DNA from: Eledone cirrhosa
Lineage: Eukaryota
NCBI GenBank assembly: GCA_964016885.1
Contig: OZ024740.1
Span: 233,926,001-233,990,000 of the forward strand
DNA: 64,000 nt
Reading direction: 5' to 3'
The notes beneath the pieces were generated by a model, which was given only the letters and a program-made list of their open reading frames with translations, was not told the DNA's origin and ran no database searches. This document shows positions 26,561 to 40,149 of this stretch, piece by piece. The position numbers and the translations under genes are program-made. Position 1 is the stretch's first letter. The number at the start of each line of letters is the position of its first letter.

Positions 26561-27231
26561 CACTCCCTGGATATATATATATAGGAACAAGTAAGACCCC
26601 GACGGCTGAGCTCAAGCCGTTTCGACGGCTAATTCTGGACTGAGTCCAGAATTAGCCGTCGAAACGGTTTGAGCTCAGCCGTCGGGGTCTTACTTGTTCC
26701 TATTACCCACTCTACTACCCTAAGTATTGAGTACTTTGGTGCGTTATGGTCCACCTGGTTCCTTACCACATTTCCTTCGTTATATATATATATATATACT
26801 AGTAGGAAAGGTGCTATTGGATTGCGTTCACAGGTGGTGTGCCAAGATGAGCACTCGATGCTATTGGGGAGCAAAGTATCAATAATAATAATTAGTGAAC
26901 AAAGAATCATTATTGTATCATATACATATTTAATTACATATTACATATGTTTCACTGCCGATCAACAGCTCTAGGAACGATCGATTATGTTCGTTCCTGA
27001 CTCCGGAAACGAAAGCTCCTCAGATATGTGTTCTCACAGGTAGACTCACGATCGTTCCTTGAACTGATCGGCAGTGAAACGTATGTAATATGTAATTAAA
27101 TATGTACATGATGCAATTCTGCATACTTCTTGTTTTAAAATTACTTTGGGGTAAACAGACCCACCTGCGCACTTTGTTGAGTGCTCTACCCTGCATAATG
27201 AAGTGTAGGTAACCAACCAAAACATACTCAA

Positions 27232-27666
<435 letters not shown>

Positions 27667-27685
27667 TGTATATGTAAAAATTACC

Positions 27686-29300
27686 ATGAATATACCACCA
27701 ATACATCAAACTAACCATAATACTAAAATAAACCACAGCAAACCACCATCTCATTCACATACAAGTCGTGAAAATTCCACACCTAATTTGACTATCTCCT
27801 CTGATACAACAGTCACGAAAGGTTGTAACTGTAGAAACAAAGCAAATTGCCCATTAAAAGGAAATTGCCTTATTAATAACATAGTATATAAATGTAAAAT
27901 TAACACTAAGGACTCAACTTATTCATATATAGGAGCTACTTCTAACCAATTTAAAGTAGGATTTAATACCCACAAACACAGTTTTAAAAATGCCGCATTA
28001 GCTAATACAACATCCTTTGCTGAAATAATTAATAATTATAGAAAAAGGAATATAGATTATAACCTGACCTGGAGTGTGCTCAAAAGGGCCACCCTTATCA
28101 AAATAATAGATATGAATGTAGATTATGTTCCCAGGAACTTTTTGAAATAATGAAATCTAAGGATATCCTATTAAATAAGCGACAGGAATTAATTATATCA
28201 TGTAATCATAAAATGAGAAGAACTTTTAAATATTATAAACCTAATTAATATACACTTTACAAATTATTATAATAACACTTTTTTTTAATTAGTTAACCTA
28301 TAATTAATATTCTACTACTAATGAACTGCATAATTTTATTTCCCTTTTACAGCTATCTTTTCCTAAAATTTATACCAATAAGTATACATATAAACTATTT
28401 TAATTTCAGGTTATGAATCTATATTCCTTATAATCTATATCAATTTGTTATTTCTCACTAATACATTTACCCCCCCCCCCCCCCCAATAATTATTATAAT
28501 ATTATTATTTTTTTATTTTCCCTTCGTTTTTAACAGCATTCTTCAATTACATCTAACTCTTATTTATCATATCTATGTGAATTAATATAAATTTATCAAT
28601 ATAAATATACCTATCAATTTAATTAATTTATTTCCTTTTATAGATGTAAATTCCTTATGTTTTAAATAAGACTGATATTTTTCACTAACACATTTATCGT
28701 AAAATGTTATTCTCCTTAGATATTTACATTAGCATTATTCTTTTATAACATCAAATTTTCGTGTACCTTTTACCGACTTGACCTATTTTCATCCCCAAAA
28801 TAATCTTTTCATTTAATATACTCTTTCCATTCAAAACTGAAATCTGCTTTCCTCTACCCCTAAATTAAAGTACCATTACTACTATTATACCATCCTGATC
28901 ACTTACTACCTTTCTATTGGTCAATTCAAAACCTGTTCCCAAACAGAGATATTATATTAAATCTTTGTTGGGTTTTTTCAATAGACAAATATCATTATTT
29001 CTGAAGACAGCATATATATGTGTAGTTATGTATATTCCCTCTGATAGTTTGTAAAAATTTTACATAGATCTATATGATATACATACCAACACACACATAT
29101 ATATCCTAGAAACGATCGTAAAATGATGAATTTTTTAATATAAGGAACTGTTTCTTTATTTTTATTCATTATTTTTATTAATTTATCTTGACTCTGTTTT
29201 CCTGTATTTTTCATCGAAAAAAAGTTTTGAATACATCTTCTCTTTTCATGATATTCGGATTACATTGAGTTCTTCATACGGATTGGACACTACCGTACAT
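27686..29300 (+). mobile_element. 5'-truncated Penelope-like element: GIY-YIG endonuclease fragment plus AT-rich 3' region
   Basis: [33 protein letters not shown]; homologous to 62622-63191; (TA)n flanks; right boundary approximate. Confidence 0.8.
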
Positions 29301-29313
29301 TTTGGTAGATTTA

Positions 29314-29371
<58 letters not shown>

Positions 29372-29376
29372 CATAC

Positions 29377-29997
29377 ATACAATACAGAGAAGAAAATACA
29401 CCAGAGAGAGTGCGTGTTTATCAAGCTCATGAATTACAGGGACTAACACGAGTTTCTGACTCCGTTACTTCATTTCGATACATTGTTCCTAACAACGGTT
29501 CTCTCTCTCACTGTTTTGTCGAGTACCTTAATTTAAGTCGTTTTGGGCTGCCATTTCCAGCGGCTCATCCCATCGAAACCACTGGTCTATTGTCTCATAC
29601 ACGCATTTCCCTCTCCCACGCGTTGCAAGGCAGTTACTTTAAGTTCTCTTAGAGTTATTTGGAATGTATTCACTTACCACACGCTGATGAACCTGGGTGA
29701 GTTCAATCCAAACACTGATTTTCTGGCGAAACAATCTCTCTCAGTTTGTACGTTTGTGATATATAGTTATAAAGGTGGGTTCTTTTATTTTAATATATAT
29801 CTTTAATTATAATGTATCTGCCTCACCTTCCTTGGTTTATGGGTTCCATACGCTAGTAGTATTCCCTGGAACTTGATAAACACACACTCTCTCTAGTGTG
29901 TTTTCTTCTCTGTACTGTATTTGAAGAGCCCGGGATCCTTTTTCCTTTGAGCACATGAATTACAGGGACTAACGCGAGTTTCTAACTCCGTTACTTC

Positions 29998-30001
<4 letters not shown>
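29377..30001 (+). mobile_element. ORF-less hammerhead-bearing element (526-nt unit, 48-nt terminal redundancy, 5' inverted segment)
   Basis: Direct repeat 29428-29475 / 29954-30001; inverted repeat 29377-29425 / 29872-29920; (TA)n flanks. Confidence 0.75.
29678..29756 (+). ncRNA. Type I hammerhead ribozyme, stems partly mismatched
   Basis: cacacg-CTGATGA-acctgg...tctggc-GAAA-caa...ttg-TA-cgtttg. Confidence 0.7.
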
Positions 30002-30033
<32 letters not shown>

Positions 30034-30094
30034 TAATAATATAATATATAGCGTTGTAAAAAGAAGTTTATTTTGAAATTAAATTAATTTTCAG

Positions 30095-30159
30095 GTCTGT
30101 TTTAGAATCGGATAAAGGCTTAGCCGTTGCTGCCGTCTCATTTTTCTGTTCAATTTTTG
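30095..30159 (+). CDS. SLCO: SLCO/OATP short 65-nt exon (TM11)
   Basis: tttcag|...tttg|gtaagt; phase 2-1; RSVLESDKGLAVAAVSFFCSIFG matches OATP 'R-x-V...K-x-x-A'. Confidence 0.9.
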
Positions 30160-30232
30160 GTAAGTACTTATAATTCTTCTTCTCTAGATATTTTTTTAGT
30201 TCGCTTGGTTACACTTTTGTGGGTGCTTCTCA

Positions 30233-30452
30233 TAATGGTTTCTTATATAGGCACAATGCCAGCAATTTTGGGTGAGGGGAAAGTCGATTCAACCGACTCC
30301 AGTGCGTGACTGGTACTTTATTTTATCGACCCCGTAAGGATGAAAGGAAAAGTTAACCTCGGCGGGATTTGAACTCAGATCATAAAGAGCCGTAACTCTA
30401 TGCTGCAAAGCTTGGCGTCCAACCATCTACCGATACTGCTAATGCACCGCCC
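30233..30452 (-). mobile_element. SINE (longer subfamily) with TSD tgtgggtgcttct
   Basis: Full head, body and tail; flanking direct repeat. Confidence 0.85.
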
Positions 30453-30918
30453 GTGTGGGTGCTTCTAAAATAACAGCGAATTGGCAGAGTTAGATGTTTC
30501 AACATTGGATAGAATGGTTTGTGATATTCGTTCCGGCTGTCTGCACTCTGAGTTCAAATCCTGCTAAGTCCAGCTTAACTTATCCTTTCCAGATCTCCAG
30601 ATCGCTAAATGAAGTATCTGTCCAGTACTGGGGTTTCTTACTTTCTTCTTCATGCTTGTTCTGTGAGGCATTTTATAGATTCAAATGTTATTCGCACATA
30701 CACATATAAATACCCCCACTCACACACATGGCAATTAGTTTACCCAGCTATGGGTTAAATATCCTCACCAACCCAAAATTGCCCAAGAGTCGTGACTACG
30801 GATACACCCTAGCATGAGCAAGACCAAACAGAAAGCGGTGGAGATCAATCAGGGAGGGATTACTCCGGTAGGGGTGAAAAGGCCCTGGATTGAATACGTA
30901 TATATATAATATATATAT

Positions 30919-30949
<31 letters not shown>

Positions 30950-31270
30950 ACGTTTAACGTCCGTGTTCCACGCTTGCATGGGTTTGGACGGGAGTTTTCC
31001 CACTTGAGGCAAGAGTGATTGTCTTGCTCGCATAGGACTGTCTGGCGGGTTTTCTACAGCTGGATGCCCTTCCTAACACCAACCACATTTACAGTGTGGG
31101 GCTGGGAGGTTTTTACCGTGTTGCCTACACGGCCACATTACAGCGTGGACTGTGTGTTTTTTGTCGTGACACCTACACAATCTCATTTGTTTCGGCCTGG
31201 ATGTTGTGGCACCAACATAACTTTACATAGTTGGAGTTATGTTAGCCATCCGCGGCCGAAACAAGGAGGC

Positions 31271-31502
<232 letters not shown>

Positions 31503-31780
31503 GAATTTCGTAAAAGATGTTATATTCAAAGTTCGCAGGGCACTCAGTCCGAGGAGCAAGTTATACAAAATTAGGTAAAATTCACATTTTCATTTATCGA
31601 ATACGCGTGTTTAGCTGTGAAAATAATCCCACTGCGAAATGCGCGAATTTGATAGATGAAAATGTTGTGAATTTCACCTCCATTTCCTGAAGAACGACTT
31701 ACGTCCGGAGCGCCAAACCCTCCTCTACTTCCTCCTGGGCGTGATGCTAATAAGACATTGTGTTGTCATTTCTTTAAAAA

Positions 31781-31860
<80 letters not shown>

Positions 31861-32026
31861 CAATATGAAAAGGTAACACACCAGAGAGAGATATACAGTG
31901 CGCTATCAATAAAACAGGGAAAAAACCACCAGTGTATGGAATCTATAATCTATGAAAGGCAGACTATAGACACGATAATTAAAAATATAAATTAAAGCGT
32001 AAATAAATACCTCTATAACTATATAA

Positions 32027-32106
32027 CACACGTACAAATCCAAAGAGATCTGTTTCGCCAGTAAGTTGTTGACAGAAATGGAATAACCCCGGTTCATCAG
32101 CGTGTG
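32027..32106 (-). ncRNA. Type I hammerhead ribozyme in a homologue (31855-32245) of the 29.4-30.0 kb element
   Basis: cacacg-CTGATGA-accgg...ctggc-GAAA-cagatc-tctttg-gatttg-TA-cgtgtg; perfect stem I and 7-bp stem III. Confidence 0.85.
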
Positions 32107-32260
32107 TAAGGCTATACATTTCAGGCAACACTAACGAGAATTTTAAAAGTGACTGTCCAGCTGCACGTGGGAGAGAGAAGTCACAGCGTGAATGGGCGAG
32201 AAGTCACAGAGAATGGCGAGGCTCTATGGCTCCGTTAATTTATCGTATATATATATATAT

Positions 32261-32355
<95 letters not shown>

Positions 32356-32401
32356 CACATATCCCATTTAATTCTTTTTCTTTATTTTTTTCTTTCTACA
32401 G

Positions 32402-32652
32402 GTTTTTTCCCAGCTCCACCTTTGTTCGGGACCATAATTGATCATACCTGCATTATCTGGAATTATCTACCATGTGGTGGGGGAAGAAGTTCTTGTAAAA
32501 CCTATGATAATGATAAATTTAGAATTCGCTACTTCTCTGTTTTGGGCACTATTGACATATTTGCGTTCCTTGCTGTCTTGATAGGAGCGATACTTAGTTT
32601 TCGTGCAAGTAAGAAGACAAAGAAGTCTGAAACTCGAGCAATCAAGAATTGA
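32402..32652 (+). CDS. SLCO: SLCO/OATP terminal coding exon (TM12, stop TGA)
   Basis: polypyrimidine tract + cag|; FFPAPPLFGTIIDHTCIIW...C...SCKTYDNDKFR is the OATP C-terminal motif. Confidence 0.93.
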
Positions 32653-32831
32653 CATCGAATCGTTTTATTTATTTTCATAATCTAATCTATAATCTAATCT
32701 ATAATGGTAAAGAATTCAGTGAAATTAGAGAAATTCTCTGCCGTATATTTGTTTACTGTGAAACAATTACCGCTATAAATTAAATAATACCACATTAATA
32801 TTTTATAAAGTTTTGTGTTATTGTCTTGGTA

Positions 32832-32837
32832 AATAAA
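32832..32837 (+). terminator. Candidate polyadenylation signal of SLCO (alternatives ATTAAA 32779, AATAAA 32974)
   Basis: AATAAA about 180 nt after the stop codon, followed by T/GT-rich sequence. Confidence 0.4.
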
Positions 32838-33779
32838 GGGAGTTGACAAATCTATAAAGTATGTGTTCCTTGTGTTATTAAGACTTTGCGTCTAATCTAA
32901 CATTAAATAATTTTTTTTTTTAAACTGATAACTTACCTAAAAGAAATATTATAAGCGGGCATCTACGCATGCCAATAAACTTCATCGGCATTATTGATGC
33001 AAAGATACTGTGAACTACAGTGTCTATAGTCTGTAATGTGAAAAAATGTAGATACTACCAAACACTCGTTCTCCCCTATATACACATATATACACCAGGT
33101 CCGATCACACAAGAACCAAACTCCCTGTCATCGCCTCCGTCTCTTCCGCTCTCCCCATCTCTCACTATTGTGAGCAAATGGGGGCCCACGCACTGGCCGC
33201 CCAGTGGCCCCGCGGCCCCATCGGACAGAAACAGAATAGAGAAGGCGTTTCCCGGAGGATGGTGAGGATACTTGAAGAGCTATTCCAGCTCGCGAGGCTC
33301 ACACCTGTTCTCGTGTTAACTTAAATTGTTCTCGTGTTAACTTATCTTATCAAGTAGTTGAATTGAATATAGTAGCAATCAATATATTCTGGAGATTATT
33401 TCAAATAGATACATATGACTGTTTATAGTTATTTATCGTTATAACGGCCTGAGTACATGTGGCTGTGAAGAGCAGATACATATGGTCTTTGTTAACATTC
33501 TTGGTACTTCGCAAAAATGTCTACTATGATGTAATATGACAGTTTATCCCAGTGCAGCTGCTAACTATCAATGAGACGAACGTATCGATCTCACATTAAA
33601 CTACACTTCTTCAAATTACTTAATATAACATAGTGAAATTCATCAAAACAAACTTTAGAAATCCAGTGTATTACAACACAATCTAGCAACTACAGTTGAT
33701 CCAAATATATTCATATATAATTGACATTAATGCCCCACGTGTTAATAGTATTAAGAGTTGGTTCCAGATGAAGGAGAAT

Positions 33780-34520
33780 TGGGGACAAATATCAATAATT
33801 GATTTGGCTATTGTCTCTGATCTCTTCCATTCTGTGCTGGATGTTCGTGTTAAGAGAGGGGCCGAGTTGTCAATTGATCACCATCTAGTTAACTGCAGCC
33901 TAAGGCTAGCTGAAGCCAAGGAACCCCTGGTGAACTTACAGAATAAACTGGGAGGCGCTGGCGAATAAGGAAGTCGGGACCAGGTATGCCATTACTGTAG
34001 CATCCACATTCAGAGAACTCCCTCAGAAAACTGAGGACGTTGAAACGGAATGGAGACTGTTCAGCCCAGCAGTTTCTGCTTCAGTTGTTAAATGCTGCGG
34101 ACGAAAACCGCTTGGTGTGCTGTCAAGTGGCAGGATGACTATTTGGAGCAATCAAGTAGTCGAAGATACCATCCGAGCAAAGAAGAAACTTACGAAGCTT
34201 AACTTCGAAATAAGTCCTCCTTCATGCACTTCTGGCACAAGTAGGCGCGAAAAGTCGCAACAGAGATAGTAAAGGCGTTTAAAGTTAAAACATGGGAGGA
34301 CTTTGGGGTTAAGCTGGAATCCGACTTCAGATCAGCAAATAAAGTAGTCTGGCAGGCCATCTGTCAAATTCGTAATAAGAAGTCCTCCTCCACACCTGCT
34401 ATCAGGAATGCGCTTGGAGTTCTTCTCTCTTCAGAGAGGTCCATTTTCGCGAGGTGGAGAATACTTTGTTGATCTCCTAAACCCGGTGACCACAGCACCT
34501 TCTAATGTATACGAGGTGCA
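33780..34520 (+). mobile_element. Decayed RTE-clade (Expander/Rex3-like) LINE fragment
   Basis: SIIDLAIVSDL..VLDVRVKRGAELSIDHHLV, the C-terminus of the endonuclease domain. Confidence 0.75.
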
Positions 34521-34929
34521 TGAAAATGTAGCCGGTCAAACATAAACTTGAAATTAAGAGAAAGAGACAAAACACATATTTCTAGTCTGTTATAAATTAT
34601 TAGACAATACGTTAGTGGAATTGAGATTAAAAACGTCGACTGGCTTTCTTAATATAGCCCTAGTATTATATCAAATCTAACCCAAAATTTAAGATGTTAT
34701 CAAACTTTACCTAAGATCTAACAGTCCAGTGATTGGAAGTAGTAAAACAATAAATCGTTTAGACATGATAAACTCTAACAATGTGTTTTGGGGAAGCCAT
34801 ATACTTATCAGAAAGTTTATAAAGAAAAGGGAATTTCTGTCGTCCATTGTGCAATCGTTTATCCTTTGAATCTTAAGAATGTTTTACGGATACTGAATGG
34901 TCCAAACACCCTGGCCATTTGTAACTTAT

Positions 34930-36600
34930 GAATTAAGGAGTTGCGTTCTTTCTCCGAGAATCCAAGTTCAACCATACTTTGCTCCAGGCAGGCTGGTGTA
35001 CATATCCTGCAGCTCTAGTAATAGTAGGTATGACACTGAACGTAGTTGTGGATACAGGATATCATCCTTTTCTCATATCTGTCTTATATTAACATCGAGT
35101 GTGTTGCTAACTTCTACAACAAAGCATGTTTTCAAACAACAATATCAAGCTGGTCGTGTAATAAACATGGTTGTGGTTCTTTAGGTTTAGGTTCCACCAA
35201 TATTCCTTTGAACCATAAATCTCTATTCATTCCTTTCTATCTGTTCTTATTTACGTCTTCCGTAACGCATTTTAGATAGTTCTGGTTATCACATCATGTC
35301 TTATACGAAGGTAGTAATAAGACAACATTATTCTCCTGGTGGAGAAAGGTGGTAGATTGGCAGTATCGGTAGAGGGTCGGACGCCATGCTTTGACGCATA
35401 GAGTTACGGTCCTTGCCATTCTGAGTTCAAATCCCGCCGAGGTTAACTTTTCCTTTCATCCTTATAGGGTCGATAAAATAAAGTACCAGTCACGCACTGG
35501 GGTCGATTTAATCGAATTTCCCCTCCCCCAAATTACGGGCCTTGTGCCTATATAAGAAACCATTATTCTCCTGGTGGTGATAATGTAAAACCAACATTCG
35601 TTGTCAGCTAATAGCTTTCCTCTTTTCTGTAATAAGCATATGATGGGAATTTCTTGTTGCTGGATTCAATGGAAGAATCATTCAAGGAGGGGTGTTATGA
35701 ACTTTTCAGAACTCCATATCAGGCTTTTACTGTCGCTCGTCCCTTCTATGGTCTGTGTTTATCGTTTCATGTTCGCATATACAACATTCTCAGTGAACAA
35801 ACTTATTTTGCTTGCGTATTGAACATTTTCAAATGTTCTTGGCAGAGAGATCTATGTCAGCTCTAATTTCATGTTTCTTCTCTATTTCAATTGATATCTA
35901 AACAATATTGTTATTTCCATCGTTGTAAACCACGGCAAGATGGATTATAACTTTTTCTTCTGTTTCTTCACCGCTAAAATCCGGCTAATGTCCGATATTG
36001 ATATGCATTTTAGATCCTGGCTATCCTGCTAATATGGGAAATATATCTTATTCACATTCCAATTCTTGTTAAAATTTCCAACAACACTGAGCAGCTTGCG
36101 AAGCCTTATATCCAGCTCATTCAGTTCTTGCATTGCTTCTTATCCCCTCCAATAAGCAATGTGGTGTACAATGCTTTGGTCAGGCGTTGGATAGCAGCTA
36201 CTAGTGGTTATGGGACTTTAGCTAACTATAAAGCCCCTATAATCCACCCATGGTTGTCCAGCCAAGCTATTGAAAAGATTATTTGGTTCTTTGCTGTATT
36301 TCCTGGGATCATTTTGTTATTTAGTAGCTGCTTCATACAGCATTATATGTCCTTCTTTCTTGCTCAAGTGTTATGATGTTATTGGTGGCATAATAATCCT
36401 GCGAGAACAGATTGAGGCACCCACTGTATAATTTGTACTGACTGTTCTGGCAGGCTAAAATCCTGTATCTACAAACTGTCTCTCTAAATTTTCTCTTAAG
36501 TGTTTCTGTTGATGTATAAAAGTGTTATCTGTTTTGCATTTCATAATCATAATTACATACACGCATGGTATCTGGATGCATTTTGTCTTGACAATTTCTT
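34930..36600 (-). mobile_element. Highly decayed R4/Dong-like LINE, interrupted by a SINE
   Basis: Minus-strand remnants IQQQEIP..KR..EC, HDQLDIVV, RKLLSVVGNF; boundaries approximate. Confidence 0.5.
35348..35567 (+). mobile_element. SINE (longer subfamily) with TSD cattattctcctggtgg
   Basis: Full element; flanking direct repeat begins with ATTATT. Confidence 0.88.
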
Positions 36601-37041
36601 ACCCTTGAATTAGTGTATATATATATATATATATATATATATTAATTCTTTATAATTATTTGTTGAGCAAAATATGCCGAAATTACTACTGTGACTGATA
36701 GTAGTGGCTAGGCTCTGTCTTAATAGCACCCCCACTCCAAGCTGATTAACCTCAGTGTCACGTGATTGATTCTTTTGAATTTGCCACTTGACCAAGAAGG
36801 CAGTGAATTTTTCAATGGCTTGGAATCTAGCCCCGCTCGCTTTTTCCATCCACTGAATTATTTTTATATAAGTTCCCAGTGTCCCCGCATTGCCTGGAAG
36901 CTTAGCTGAGAATAGACTCCCTGATGACGTAAGGCTTCTCTATAGTTATTACGTAACTATATTTATCCCCTTACAGAAACTAATTAGTTGGAGTGAAATT
37001 TTAGTAAGTAAGTCGATTTTCATAACTTTCTTATTTACGTC

Positions 37042-37098
<57 letters not shown>

Positions 37099-39060
37099 TA
37101 TGTATTTCTTTAGTAAGATTCTTGATGTGAAATCGTGTGTTGAAATCGATATTGTCATATTTGAGGATGGTCATGTTGCCAGTATTACCAAAATAAAAGT
37201 CTTCATTGTGTTGCTTGATTTGCCGGTTGTTTGCTTGTTTTTTTTTTTGTTAGTCAGTTGGTAGGTTGGTTGGTAGATAGGTTAGTTGGCTGGCTGGCTG
37301 GCTGATTTCTTGCTTGCTTGATTAATTGATTGGTTGATTGGTTGATTGGTTGATTGGTTGATGTTTATCTACCTACAATGCACCGATTTGATTTCGTCAC
37401 TGCATGTTTCGAATCACTTCAGTTATAAAATATTTTCTCCGCTTGTAGATTCGAAATAAATTTCTCCGTGGTATCTATTGACGATAAATAAGCTAACTCC
37501 CCAATGTCACTCTATATTGTAGCTATTTATAAGTAAGTGAAATGTAGCTCATTCCAGCAATGATGTCTCTTTACAACAGTATTATGTGTGCTGCCTTATA
37601 TAGAGAATTGAATGAACAGTTTAAATCAGTGAACCATCTCCATATAGAAAGTATCTCTTATGAAAGATAAGATACCTTCCTAAAATGCATGAGATCTGTT
37701 TAATATATACTTCAATATTTCATTTGTTTATAATAGAGACCACAAAGGAGCCCCTAAGTGGCTGCTCGACCTGCTGGAAATAGCAGCTAAATCACTAACT
37801 AAAGTACATAGTATTGATTTAAAAAGGGGAGGGGGAAAAAGTCAATTTTGATAGTGTACTCCTAGATACACAAAGCAAAAAAAAATGCAGGGTTATGATG
37901 AAATAGTTTTAATCACATGTCTGCTCAGTCATCGTTGACTATAGGTCGAAACAACACAAAACAATTACGGCATTATATATTAGTTGGTTAGCACTTTCCA
38001 ACAGTTCGTCTTTACACAAAGTTACTCTGCATCAATCCATAGTAGTTATTTACAAAATAGTGTATTACTTCTGTACCGGTACGCGGATAGGTACACAGAG
38101 GCATGGGAAAATAAATATATTTCATCTCCCCATAATTGAGTGTATTTCTGATGGTGTGAAATCTCGACTTTTTGTTAGGTAAACAGAAACATTTCAAATC
38201 GTTAAAGTCAACTATACGATTACCTTTCTGAGTTTTGAATCATTTCACTGCAGTTTTGCCAACACTGATCTTCGTTAAAGTATAAAAGTCAATATGTAAT
38301 TAGAATATACTTGCTATCAAAAGAATTTTATTTCCCAAACACCTCATTTTACCAATACATGGGAAATAATTCATATAGGCAAAGGGAGATAACTTTTATT
38401 CAAGGGAGAAAATTCTGGCTTTTTTTTTTTACCCATTTCTAGGCAAATTGTTACAGTTTGAGTTGGCGAATAGTAAATCATGCATTTGTAACAGTGAAAT
38501 ATATTTTATACCGTAAGAAAAATTACTCTAACAAATTAAGTAGAACCATTCGTCAGAGAGATGCGTTGTTTTATAGATGTTGCAGAAGACTTTGTACTTT
38601 CTTGGTGATTATATTGACCAATGAATTGATTCTAAACCTTGATAGTTACTTAACTTACCGATTCTGTAAAGATAAATGATTAGGGCATTATTATGTGAGA
38701 TTCGATCTTTTATATAACACAAACATACAAGAGTCGGATCAACAGAACAGCCCGCTTGGGAAATTAAGTTGCAAGTGACTGAGAAATCTACACACACGTG
38801 TACCATTAACGTAGTTCTTAGGAAGAATCATCGGGACACCCGGTGTGACAATGTTGACCATTTGAAATACGAGAGCAATATATTTTTGTCAGCTGAGTGA
38901 ACTGGGTCAACATGAAAAAAAATGTCTTGCTCAAGGCGGCAACCATTTCATGTACTCTTAAATAGAAGTCTATACTTGCTGCCCTCCCTTGTGTTCACCA
39001 ATAGGCATCAATTTTGCAGCTGACGAATGTACTATGCATACGAATATTAATAGATAAGAG

Positions 39061-40148
39061 TAATAATTGTTTCTACTTTTGGCACAAGGCCAGCAATTAT
39101 CCAGTACATTACTGGTACTTTATTTTATCGACCCCCCGTAAGGATGAAAGGCAAAGTTAACCTCGGTGGGATTTGAACTGAGACCATAAAGGGCCATAAC
39201 TCTTTGCTGCAAAGCATGGCGTCCGACCCTCTACCGATACTGCCAATCCACCGCCCTAGATAAGAGTAATAATGATTTGTTGATATTTTAATAATAGACA
39301 ATAACGTATCTTTTATCGCAACAACATCATCGTCGTCTTCGTCCTAGACATTGTTTCTAACATAGGAAAGAAGTTAGAAATGTTTTAAGAGTTTGTAGTC
39401 GATTAAATCGACTCAGTACTTGACTGGTATTTTATTTTATCATCCCCAGAAGGATGGCGGACAGAGATGACCTTGGTGGGATTTGAATTCACAAAATAAA
39501 CGAATGTAACTAAATGCCACACAGTAACTTGTCTGCCACTCTACCGATGTTGCTATTTATCTTAGTAATATTGTCTCTACCTTTTAGCAGCAATTACCCC
39601 AGTGCATTACTGGTGTTTTATTTTATCGACCCGGTAAGGATGAAAGGCAAAGTTAACCTCGGCAGGATTTGAACTCAGAACATAAAAGGACATAACTATG
39701 CTGGAAAGCATAGTGTTCGCCTCTCTACCGATACTGCCAATCTACCCCCTAAACCATGTTAATAATAATAATTTCTTGTACGAGAATAAAGCTAGAAATG
39801 TTGAGGTGTTGAGGTAAGTAGACTAAATCAGCCACACTACTTGAGTGCTGCTATATTTTCTCGACCCCGAAAAGTTGAAAGACAAAGTTGATCTCAGTTA
39901 GATTTGAACACAGAACGTAGAAAGCTGTAACAAACACCACAAGACATAATAGTTTCTTATATAGGCACACGACCAGCAATTTTGGAGGAGGCGAAAGTCG
40001 ATTAAATCGCTCCCAGTGCGTGACTGGTACTTTATTTTATCGACCCCGTAAGGATGAAAGGCAAAGTTAACCTCGGCGGGATTTGAACTCAAACCGTAAA
40101 GGGGCGTAACTCAATGATGCAAAGCATGGTGTCCGACCCTCTACCGAT
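39061..40148 (-). mobile_element. Head-to-tail cluster of five SINE copies of different divergence
   Basis: Five tail-to-head units starting near 39061, 39350, 39565, 39770 and 39947; the first has TSD tagataagagtaataat. Confidence 0.85.
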
Positions 40149-40149
40149 T

